DNA of 64,000 nt from Bugula neritina. Taxonomy: Eukaryota > Animalia > Bryozoa. The translations under genes were made by a program, and so were the position numbers. The notes beneath the pieces are model-generated. The model was not told where the DNA came from and ran no database searches. It saw only the letters and a program-made list of their open reading frames with translations. The DNA lies in contig OZ037765.1 of the NCBI GenBank assembly GCA_964035545.1, positions 8,628,698-8,692,697 of the forward strand, read 5' to 3'. Positions 1 through 13,200 of this stretch are shown here, in pieces; position 1 is the first letter of the stretch; every line of letters starts with the position of its first letter.

Positions 1-246
1 ACGAAACTACAGTCGAATTGCTTGTGACTAAATGCCAATCACTCACTAGAAAGCCCACATAATCATTGTGCATCGCACAACAATACCAAATTTTGATATG
101 ACAAAGAAATTAAACGACATTAAAATGAATCTGCATTGTAGCCATGTATTGTATTACTATAATATTTTTAAAATCTTATACATTGTTTATTTTTTATAAT
201 CGTATGTTCTTTCAAACATGTATAAAAGAAGGTAAATTCAACTAAC

Positions 247-1177
247 CTTGATCATTTTAAAAAGATGAACGACAATCTGCTTCTGCTTTAAAAGATCGCC
301 CTGTTGAGATGTCACCAATTTGCACAGATAATGAAAACTTCTTTTTCGTAAAGACTGTGTGTTGTTTGGTTTAAGCCAAAGAATAGAAATGCACGTTAGA
401 ATATTATTCAGTGAAGGCCCATATTGGCACACTGCAACCATGGCGAGCAACGACTGGATAATTGTGGCAAGAAGATTGCAACTGTTGCTACACGAGCTGA
501 ATGTCATCAAGTAGAAAAGATCTTCATTCAACTCCTCATCATCTTTCCATATGTCAGATCTCGAAACTCCACATGAATTATTGTTGTTGGAATTGTGATC
601 AGATTTTGAATCCAATTGAACTGTCTCTCCAGAAAGGTTACTACTACCGTTGTCTTGCTGAAGATTATTATTACTCTCAATTACAGAGTTTTCCATAAAA
701 ACTGGCTCACAATTTGAAGCGCTGTTCACATTGTGCTCATTACACTCAGAAGTAGTATGAGAACTAGCTCTTTTGAAGCGCTGCATTGTGTTTTCCAATA
801 CTTCTGGCACAGTAAAACTTAAACTATTGTAAATAGAGTTACTTTTGGTGCTTGAATGTTGGCTAGATGAAGTAGAAGTGCAAAGCTTATGCTCATTGAT
901 GACTTTCTGAAAGTTTGAGTTTACTGTTTTATGATAAGTGGTTGAATATGGCCAGAGATATGAACGGCCTGGTTTTCTATCCAACATAGAATGCAACGAC
1001 TCTTCAAAAGTTGAGTTTGTTGCTTCCAACCACATCTAAAGCAAAAGAAAATATTAATCCTGTTTTGCTCAACTTCAATCATATACACAGTGTGATAAGA
1101 TGCCTTATAATGCTAGAAAAACATCTATGTACTAATAACATACATGTCTTTCAACTCATTTATTTTTTATGCATCAG

Positions 1178-1249
<72 letters not shown>

Positions 1250-4200
1250 GAGTTACAAAAGCTTACATTGTAGAATTCTGTTGATTGTGCAAAATGAAAA
1301 TACGGTTCCCATAAATGAAGAAACTTTTTATCTCTTGCAGCAAATACTTCATCATCAATAGACTGTTCCAAGGCCATGTATACATCACAATCCATTAACT
1401 AAAAAAAGTGCAGGCAGTAGGTATATTATTTGTAGTAATTAAAAACATGAAGGCAGTAATTATAAGCAAAGTAACTGAATAACTAATGAAAATAACAGCA
1501 AGTAGTAAGCTGTAATATTAGTTCAAAAACAAATAATTACGTAATATTTTATACATAAATATGTTAAAGCCACTAACTAGCCATAAAATGGTTTACCTGT
1601 TGAGTGATTCTGTCTAGGACTTGATTAATATAGTCTTCCTCGCCATCGACTTCTTTATAATTGGTGGTGAACAGCAACTGACGCATCATTGGCACATATA
1701 AATTGTGTTCTTTAAGAGTCTCCATGAACTTCCAAACTCTTGTTTCTTGACTTTCAAGCTTTAAAATATTTAGTTGATAATAACAATAAGTTTCCATTGA
1801 AGTGCAGCAATGGAGAAATTTCATTAAATATCAAAATAAATTTTGGCTTCAGGTGCAGCTTGAGAGAACTTGACTTCTTTTGCGATAATTATCTTCTAGA
1901 ATGCCAATTTTTGAAAATTTCTCCATGATCACATTTAATTCTAAGATTTTTTAGCAACCAACCAAAAAGAAACAAATTAACAACTTACTTATATAATTTC
2001 ATCCAAGAAAATGCTCAAGTGAAGTCATTCATAGAGCAATGATTTAGCTCAGTAGTAGGCTTTATAAGAATTGAGGACATACCTTTTGAGTGAGTATTTG
2101 CGATTCTGTGTTATCTTTAGAAGGTGTAGATGTAGGTGTAGGTGTGTCAGCAACAGATAGAATTGAAGACAACGACTTTGAATTTGTGGAGATTTGATGA
2201 TTATCAATTTGCTTTGGTTCAATCAGAATTTCAAGTTCTGCAGACAGCTTGCTGGGCTCATGTTCATCTGAAGGACTAGGGCTATATGTAGGGTTTATCT
2301 CTTTAGCTTGATAACTCGATTCTAACTCTCCATGTTTTTCCTTAATCCCTTGTTCAGCCTTTCTGTTTTCACTAGATTCATTTGAAAAAGCAGCTTTCCG
2401 CTGCTGAAACTGACTCAGAGCATTTTTCTTCCTGGTAAGTATTCTCTCTTCTGGAAATGCTTCCCATAAAGAAATTGCATTGCCCTTCTTCAGTTTACTG
2501 ACTTCTGAGTATGAAGATTGTAAACTGCCGATGTAGCTTTTTGGGCGATACCTCCTGTGATTTCTGTTTAACAATGGAACTGAATCATTACTAGGCTTGA
2601 TCTCTAGAGAATCAGTAGATAAAATCACTGAATCTAGCTCAGGTGGTGTTTGACCTTGAGAAGATTCACTTCCTTTTGGTATAGATACATTGGAATTGAC
2701 TGGTGATATATCCTCATCAACAGATGTTGAAACTTTGCTAGATTCAACTGACATATTGGAAGATATTTGTGACTGTTTTTGAAACAATGATAAAAATGGA
2801 GTAGCTTTAACGACATCAGAATTGCATCTACGTATCTTGGAATTATGTTTTGGTTTACTGTACAGATCAATATCCGACACAATTTCTCTTAAATTGTGAA
2901 CAATTACTTTTTCTCGAGCTCTCTGTGTGTGCACATCCAATAACTTATAGAGCACTCTTTGTATTTGCCAATCACTTATTTCTGATTGAATCTGCAATGC
3001 CATGTTCAATGTAAAAACAGCAACCTCTATCTATGGCCAAACAACAAAATTACAGTAGAACATTATATCTAAACATCTGCAACAAAAAATAACACCGTCA
3101 TCTTCACGCCAATATTCATATATTACTTGGATATAAAACTGAATTCTTAATATTGGTGCAAACTCACAAAGTGAAAAAGCTATTACCAATCATTATAGTA
3201 TTATTAATTTTTAATTTTTTACCCTTTGCCTTTTGGTCTTGTATTTATCTGCTGAAAGAACCCTTTCTGGTAGGGTGGAAGAATGATGATGGATAACAAA
3301 GACACTACTTGCACTGGATTCCACAGGGCTATAAGCATTGAAAGTAGACAACTTCAACTAACTCATAATTTTATTAATAAAGCAGCATTAATTTCCTTGC
3401 TACATACAATCAGAAAACATAATCTCAACAGTCATTACTCAGTTATGTTTATAGAGGCTACACTTGAGCACATTGTGATTAAAAAATTCACATACTGACT
3501 TACACCAATTCACTAGAAGTAGAGTAAGGATCTGCCTTTCCAGGTATCAAATAGTGCTTTGCATTAGATGAAGAACCATTGACAGCAGAAGAATTAGATG
3601 TATCATCTAAAATAAAGTAAAAGACATTTGTAGTTTCTGTTAAAATTACAAGAATTTGTTAAACTATCTATTTTGCATCTATCCATTCATTAATAAGTTT
3701 CTAACAACCAGAGTATATACTCACATTACGACCAAAGTTAAACTTACTTTTAAAAGAAGATGAAAGAATGTTGTCTGCAACTTGTGACACGTGAATCATC
3801 ACCCCATGTTCACGGGTGGTCTATAATTAAACAAGTGTAAAATATTTATAAAGATCAAAATTCTAAAAAACAAACTATTCAAACAAAAAAATATTAAGTA
3901 GGCTTACCAATTATTTTAAAATGAAAGATTCTTAAATGTACAGTCGAACAAAGTTGAAATTAATATTTTTCCTAGAAAAAAGGTTCACTAGTAGAAAATG
4001 TCTAAAAAAGTCGCAATATAAAATAATTGAAATTTAAGTTAAAAAATGAACTACGCGTTTAGCTCCAATAATCACTATAACCCAAAGTTTTTGCAGAGGC
4101 TATAGCTGAACTGTAAATAAAACCAAATACCATGCAGTAGCCATCATATAATTTACTAAGTAAAGAAGAACTTAGCATTCAAGTAATACATTTTGTAGTC

Positions 4201-7200
4201 ATCACTGTGAAGATGATTGTCAAATGCAGAATTCTATTTTTTAATAGAATGATTTTTTTAAAAATTCTTTCTTGGTCCTATAATTTCACAACAAAACTTT
4301 TCACCTAATCTCGTTAGACAAAACATAGTGAGACTACACCTAAAACTACAGAGCTTAAACTCAATATAATATAATATGTGATAAATCTCTGAAAAATACT
4401 TTCCAACTTGTTAATATGCATAGCAGCAAAAATAGCAATTGTCTAAAAACTTCAATATTCAACCAAGTTTATGATATTGCGAACAATAGAAATTATTAGC
4501 TCCAAAATATGTTACTAATAAACATATAGTATAAAAAGCGCATACTTGACTAGTATCATCTTTTTCTCTTTGTTCAGCATCTTTGAATGGTTGCTTTTTC
4601 TTCTGTGAGTCGTGTTTCAGGGTATCTGAACTTTTTATCAATTGTTGAGCCAAATTTTTGACCAGTTTTTTTCTTTTCAAATGCATTGAATCGATTTTAT
4701 AGGTGGGAGGAAGAGGTGATGATGCAAATGGAGATGAAATGAAACCAGTGGCTGTAGAGTTCAAAGATTGGGGAGCTCTAACAGATGTAGGGTGAACGGT
4801 CTGAGATAAAGCAGAGTGAAATAAGACATGATAAAATGCAAGTGACAGAAACAAATCACAGTGGACCACATAGAGATTTACATGTGCCAGGTAAAGTATA
4901 AGATGGTAGACCGACAGTGAAAGAAAGTCGTAAAGGAAGCCATAAAGTGCCCACGGTTCATAATGATGTGAATATAATTAACGACAAGTTGGATAAAATT
5001 ATAGAGTCTACAGTGGGTTTACCTTTTCCTTCTTTACAGACTGTTGAGTAACAGATGGTGATGCTTTTGAAGACTAAAAAAAATTCAAATTAAAAAATAA
5101 GAGTTTAATAAAACATTTATGGTTATGTACTTAACCAACAATAAATATCCTTATAACTACAAAAATGCTTAAAAGAAGCTGTATGCCACGAGTGTCGTCA
5201 TGCAATAATGTTGCTAAATTACTATTTGGTATTTATAATATTTAAATATTGTTGCAGATCTAACTTTCTAACATGTGAAATAGAGCGATCACAATATTTC
5301 AACTAATTGATAATTATTTTAAGAGTTATTTCAATAGTATGAAAATTACACTCAATCAGTTACCAATGATTTCTATGTGCAACTAAAGACTACTCTGACC
5401 TATTTTACAGGTTCCAAATAAGAGATCCATGGCATGTTTTTATTTGAAAGGTAATAAATGACTACAAACAACTCCATTTACCTGCGATACCGGTTGCACA
5501 TCTTTTTCAGTCTTTTTTACAGAACTTGATGACTTCTTAGAAGCGGCAGGGACTCTTTTTCGAGAGCTGGCAGCTTTCTTCTTCTTACTAGAGAGCTAAG
5601 ATTTATTGAACATAATTATATTAAGTCTATGGTGATACAGAAATTGATAGTATATAATAGACAGTTGAAGAATAGCAAAATACAAGTTCAGATTTGAGAG
5701 AGTGTAGGTTGATAATAACACATACTATAACATACACTATTATACTGTAACATCACTAGAGAGTATATAATTCCTCTACCTCAGATGCACCAGCCTGCAA
5801 TGATTGCCTAAGTTGCAAGTTAGCCAACTTTTCCTCCATTGATTCCTTTTCAACTGGAGCTGAAAGCTCAACATTTACTGTAACTTTTTTCTTTTTCTAA
5901 ATTGATATGAAAACAAGTCATTATTTATATGGCCATCGGTAACATGTTAACAAATCGTAGCAATACTCAACATATTAATAACTTCCAATCTAAAAGATGT
6001 ACAAGTAATAAATTGTAGTGTTTAATAATTTGGTAAACATATGAAAAATTTCAGTACCTTGCCTTGCTTCAGAAGGGCATCCACATCAATCTACAATTTA
6101 AATTATTTTGACATTATCATACATACTAGAACTTTCTAAAAAAAGATCATGAATTCTTGTGATATGTTGCTCACGAGAAAAATATTCATACATCAAAAAT
6201 TTACAAATTACCCTCCTTTTACAGACATGCACTCACGAACACATACATGTATGCATAAACCACAACTTCTGGGACGTATATGTTTCACATACCTTCATCT
6301 TATCTATACCATATTTGGTAGAAGATAGAGCAGATTTTGTAACAAGCTCTGGTACTGACAGATCATCAGGAGTAAAGCTCAGCACTAACTCTGACTTTTT
6401 CACTTTTTTCTTCTTGGCTAAGACTTGCTTGTCTAAACAAACACAAGCATTGTGAGAAACTATTTTTTTACAAACATGCAGCTTATTTATGCAAAATGAG
6501 ATTTTGGTAGATTTTGGTAGAACAGTTACTACTTTGAGCGGCCAGGTAAACAAATATGTTTAATAGTGTTTACAAGTGCGGTCATTAGTTAACCATCTAT
6601 ACAGCCTGACCTATTAACTTCAAAAAAAGAACCAGAAACTACAAATAGCTTACAGCCCCACACTTATAATAAAACTCTAAGCTATCTTCATTTGAATACT
6701 ACAGGCTATTAGAATTGTGTTCCCAACTAATGGGTTTCAACAGCAGGGAGCAAACCATTGACAATATTATGTAAAATTTACTTATCCACACTTGTGAAGA
6801 ATAGCATTTCATGACAACGAAACGGACAAGTTCATAGCAACACAATCACAATCTGATAATTCTGCATCTACAACTACTGCACTAGGTGTAAACCTAACTT
6901 GGAGGCTTCACAACAAAACTACAATTGAATAACTCATTATTAGGCTATGTAAAAATTCTAAAATTTTCTTTTTAAAGATGTTGCAGCAATTAACTAACTT
7001 GTTTGTTGTGACTTGGCTGTCTTTGCCTGTTTACTTGGTTTCTTTGCTGCAACTTTTGGTTCATCATCATCATCTGACCCGTACTCTGTACCAAACTCAA
7101 ACTAAACCCACACAGAACAAAATGCTAAATCAAATGTAAACAAAAATATTGCAATCAATTTAACAGAAATTTCCATATCTTTATTTGTGAAAAGCCGAGT

Positions 7201-10200
7201 TTTTACAATTCATTACAAATGAATAATCTAATTCATAAACAGTGATTGAATATAAAAAATTCTCACGTCTGAAAGGTCATCAAGGTCAGATCGAGAGTTG
7301 GACAATGTTTCTGCCGAGGAAACGCTAGGGGTACCACCTGGAGAGTCCCCAAACAGCGGGAAAAAATGCTCGGCGTGTTTGGGGTTAGTGACATCTAGTC
7401 TATCAAACTGCAGCTGTTTATCAACATCCGGGCTTGCCACATCTACAACCATCAAAGTAGTTATGCTAACATAATATATGTAATAATGGCAGCAATATGT
7501 ACTTAGTTTTAGTGTTTTTACAAAAAGTTTTCTCATTTGCTGATTAATTATATATATAACAAATACTATACATTTAGTAAAATGAAACCTGGCATTCTAT
7601 TGTACAGAATATACTTAACGTATTATTGAGGGCTATTTAACACACAACATATATGTGCATGTGCGTCTGCGTACGTGCATCAAACGAGTGTCAGGTGTCA
7701 AACAAGTGTCAAGTGTCAAATAAGTGTCAGGTGTTCGAAACCTTGCACATCACAAGATTTAGAAAGCATGAATAACAAACCTGCTTCAGGTTTGGTCATA
7801 ATATGTGCATGTCCACTATCAGAACTGAGTTGATCCCATTGGACAGGCTGAGGAGTAAACACATCCATGCGTGAGAGACGAGGGGTGCTCACATCCGATA
7901 TGTATGCATCAGTTGGAGCATTAGACATGATCTCAGATTCCTCTTCTTCCTGAGGTAAGAAACATTCAAATACTTGTAGAATAACATATAAATATTGCAT
8001 GCTAATAATAGGCTGCATATAGAACAGGAATTATTATGTAATCCTTTAAAAAATCCCGAGTCAGTTTTAACTCTTAACCATTTTACTACCATAATCTGAC
8101 CAAAAGCTTATATGTAGAAAAGCAAAAACTGGAACTATTAGAAGACACTGCTATCCATTTGCAACAAGTTCACAGTTATAACTAGCCAATCAACCTAAGT
8201 TTATGTAACACACAGGCACAAAATTCCTGCACTTCAGACAGATGAAAAAAATAAAATCAGCAAAGTTCTTGAATTCAGCATCGTTCATTTCCAAGAAGTT
8301 TTGTGTCCACACGTAAAGCTTTTGCAAAATTGCATTTGAAATCTTTTGAAATACACATTTAGATATTGAAAATAGCAGGTATAAATTTCTGTATAGACTT
8401 CAAATTCCTAAAGGGTAAAAATGACATATTTAGTAACAATCAGAAATGTACAGTTAGTAGTAAACTGGGTTTCATTTAAATCAAACTTATCAAATCCATT
8501 TTAATAAAAGTAATTTTATTTATAAAATCACTGGAAGATAATAATTAATTTCAACGATTATTGAAACTAAAAAATTCAAAACTGTTTAAAACTGAAATAA
8601 AAAATTACCCATACCTTTTCTCTAGTCTGCGGCCTTACTACAATATCTGTAGCTTCCAGGAAGTCTTTCGTAATATCTAGTTCGTAAGGTTTCTAAAGAA
8701 CACAATGGGGCTCACCAGTCATAATAAAAATAGAAAGAGATAGAGGTTAAGTTCAGGGAAAGAAAACGCTATAAACATAAACAGACACTCACTAGATAAT
8801 TTGAAAGATCAAGAGGCTCTAGGTTTGGCATGACTCCTTCACTGGTTACAGCTGGATCTTCATAAACATCAGACTCTGCAGTAATACTCTCAGCATAAGT
8901 GCTGACACCATACTCGTCTAGGTCTGGTAGCACTAAGGAAAGAATACAACAGCTCATCATGAAAAATAGTAAACTTGTACAATTTTGTAGAATAAATATT
9001 ATGAATAATTTTTTTTCAGCAAACTTACAAGAGTTGAGGCTGATAGAGTATATGTTGTTAAGGAAGCCAAAAACCAAGTCTCCAGTTGAGTTGAGGAAGC
9101 AAGCACAACTCAGAGTATTGTCTAGCGTGACGTCTGCTATCACACACTGATCTCTAACGGACCATATCTTGATTACACTGTCACGGCTATTAAAACAAAA
9201 AACAGTACCCATCAGTTGGAGCATTAAACATAATCTCAGATTTCACTCCTTCCTAAGGAGAGGAATATTTAAGTATTTGTAGAATAATATGTAAATATTG
9301 CATGCTTGTAAGCTTGAAGATATGCTAGTCAGTTTACAAAAAAAAAGAATTCTAAATCTGACCACCTTGTTTTCAAAAGAAATCTACACAACAATGTTAC
9401 CCGCAGGATAAGAAGAGTTTCTTTCTTGGGCAACAGTCAACACTACGGATGGCGTCTTTGTGTTCAAACTTCTTTTGCACCAGTTGACTTTGCTTGAGTT
9501 CTGCTATGTTCTTGATTTGATTTGTACGTCTGTTGATGTTATCTTCGTCTATTTCTTCCAAATTGTGAAAACTAACAGCCCCATCACTGTATCCATAAAA
9601 TACTGTATCACCCTATAAAAATAATGTACAATAATATATAAATCTTTCTTTAAAACAAATCATCAATTTGAATTATATATGAAAAAAACTCAAATACAAG
9701 ATACAAGCAATAACAGTGAGTAGAACGGCTAGCTCTATCTAAATTTTTTATTTATCTAAACATAACAATATATAACTACCATTCGAGTGCAGGTCACAAT
9801 GTCTTGGAATAAACAAAGCTCATGCTGAAGTTGAAGAGTGGGCAGACCGAATATCTGGACAATGGCAACTTCATTTCTATCACACTGTACTAGAAGCTGC
9901 TGGGTGTCTTTGTCATGTCTTATATCTCGAATCTTTAAAATATGATAATACTAAACAGTTAACTCAGCAGTCCCTGTGGTGTAATTGGTTAGCGTGCCAG
10001 CCTGCAAGCCGGAGGTCTATGGTTCGAATCCCAGTGGGGGCAATTATTTTACATATATAAGACTATATCACTGCATCTACGTGGTTATTGGTTTACAATA
10101 ACGCTGTAATGCTTACACAATGAGAGGGTTCTGCAATAATAACATTCACTATAATATATAAATAGAAGACTGTTTCTAAATGTGCGTGTTTAATTTTTCA

Positions 10201-13200
10201 AGTTGATCATGATATTTGATTACAAAATATTTAGCAACTTTTATAATTCTTATTAAGCAAACTAGAAAATGTGCTTGGAATAATAAAGGAATAATAATGT
10301 GTCTTAATACAGTAAATATTTTGTTGATTAGGTGTGAACTTAAAATTGTTTATCATCTCATTTAAAATTAGTACAAACGATTATTTAAAAATTATTACAA
10401 ATGCACACTATAAAAGCTTAAACAATACCGCATCTTTGTTGGCTCTGAAATCAACATGAAGTAATCCCCGAACAAATGGATCCATAAACAACACCCTACC
10501 ATCCTAAAACATGTGCAAAGATGACAAATTACTAGTAAACACAAATACTCTACCTACTTGTGTAAATGCTTTTGCAGACAAAATTAAATACCAAGTATAG
10601 CAAAAATGAATGCAATAAATTACAAACACAAAATAGAGTGATTATTAAGTATACAATTGCTAAAAAACACCAAAAAATTTATATGTGCAAATTTTCAGTC
10701 TCAAAATAATATGAAGTCAGACTGTGATTAAAATTTCACTCATTGCAAGATAGTTTACTGTATATATAATATATAATCATAATGCAGCATTGACTTAAAT
10801 TTTGTTCCAGTTGTTTCACATACTGATTAACACTCTGACAAAATGACATTGAAAAACAATTATACCACTAACAGCTAGTATATACTCGGTCAGAAAAATC
10901 AAATGCCAAAAAAGTCATGAAGCATAAAAAACTGACTCACAGTTTAACTCTACATAAACTTACAGTTAAGCCAACTAGTAGAAATTTACTAGACACAGTC
11001 CCAGCCCACCCCTCATCTCCCCACAGCAAGATATTGCTATCGAGAGTAGCTATAGTAGTGCAGTCACACACTTCAACATTGACGTGCATCTCTCCTATAG
11101 CCTTATGTAGAGATGCTTTTCTTAGCAAGGATTCCTTTCTGTAAATCAAGTCAACAGAGTAGCAAGAAGCAGAGAAGAAAATGAGTGACTCAACAGAGGT
11201 GTAACACAAATTATAGATACTAATAAAAGCAGTTTGAAGTTATAATTGAAGCATTGGCACCTGCTTTTTTTTCCGATGCTTTATATTCAATATAAATCTC
11301 ATGTGAACACATCACCTATTCGTTGGTTCATGAAAGCTTTGCTAATGACATACTGAAAGTTGTATAAATAACTGCAATAACAAAATCCTTTAATGAAACC
11401 TTTTCACATTTCATAAAATCTAATCATCCAAAGGTTTACAAATAAACTGAATACATGATTAATATTAAAGGGGATAATATTTAATAATTTACTAACTTAG
11501 CTCCTTCAGACTGATCACCTTCATCTTTGTTGATTAGTGTTTCCTGTATGACTTTGAAGTCCCAGTGAGCAATCCGACAAGCTGGATCAGTTCTACAGTT
11601 ACAAACATAATGTAAATTTTACAACAAGCGAACGCATAAACTCTTGCAAATAAATTATGTTTTGATGCGCTGAAAAAAATGACAAAACATTATGTCAGCT
11701 TTTTATCATTTGTCAGTTAGTGATGTTTAAATGACTAACACTAATAAATGAACGTATAAAAAATGTTGGAAGAGTTTTTGACTAATACCTTGTAGTGTAG
11801 ATCCAGAGTTTAGATTGGTTGAGAAGACAGTAAATAAGATTCAGCTTTCTTGAGTAAGATATGCATTTCACAGTTTCCAAAGGAGACAGGCATGGCATGG
11901 GTAGCACATTGCATAAATTTCTCTTTTGATGTGGAGAAAATATCCTAACACTACAAATATGTTTTAGAACTATGTCCAAAACCATCATGAAATACAACAT
12001 GGTTGACAACATCAAAAAGTTTTTCTAGTATGGAACTTATTGACTCGTTTTAGTAACTTGAAGAATTCGTTAAAGAAGCAAATAAATTATACAATATTCT
12101 ACTAATATTTGCTAATGAAAAGTTACACATAAATTCAACTTGATTAGCATGGAGACTGGTCAATATCCAAAAGGCCCATTAGTCCGAAGGTCCATTGGTC
12201 CAAATAAAATTGTTTAAAATCATACCGTTATTATTTTTATTTTGCAGGTCTATATGTATTGTTCCTAATATGTTTCAGGTTCAAATCCCAAATCTCTAAA
12301 AATGGCTTGCCATATGCGTGTGTGCATGCGTACTAGGCAAATATTTTCGAGCCAATGGACCTTTGGACCAACAAGCTTTCAAAATATTGACCAGTCCCGG
12401 ATTAGCACATGGATAATTAGCCTACCAGCTATCATCACCAACAGTCATGAGTCGTGTGCTCTTCTTTGGAGCCGACTGCAAGCACATTCTCTTTGTGTTG
12501 TTCCTACTCAACGAGAAGAAGTGAACAAAGTGATTCAAATTCCACATTGTGACTTGTCTGGAGGTGCACGCCCAGAGTAAGTTCTCGTGAGTCAGACCCA
12601 TCCACTGAATCCCATCAGATGAAACGGTGATCCTGCAATACATGCATGAGTTATATATTTTATCATTTAAATTTAAACTCAAACTAAACTAAACCATTAC
12701 TCATCACTTACACTTTGTACTCTTAACTCAAACAAAGTCTCATAAATAATCTGCATTAAACACGGAACAGTTTAAATGCAGCATCACACATATTTGATTT
12801 TTAAATCAAATTTTCATAATATGACATTTTTTTAAATTTTACCAAAGTTTTTGCCTGTTAAGTTGATGTAGCAACAAAATGTTAGAAAAGTGAGAAGCAC
12901 ATGGCAAATACAACTACACAGAGTAGAGTATGTACAATATACAAAGTAGAGTATGTACAATACACAGAGTAGAATATGTACAATACACAGAGTAGAGTAT
13001 GTACAATACACAGAGTAGAGTATGTACAATACACAGAGTAGAGTATGTACAATACACAGAGTAGAGTATGTACAATACACAGAGTAGAGTAGGCTATGTA
13101 CAATACACAGAGTAGAGTATGTACAATACACAGGGCAGAGTATGTACAATACACAGGGTAGATTATGTACAATACGCAAAGTAGAGTATGTACAATACAT

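Noticed and set aside
9970-10045. Functional tRNA gene
   Set aside because: Acceptor and anticodon stems pair poorly, and a diverged second copy shares non-tRNA 3' flank.
12915-13200. CRISPR-like array
   Set aside because: Contiguous tandem units with no unique spacers, no cas genes, inside a eukaryotic intron. The YCTYSTLC ORFs are artefacts of the repeat.
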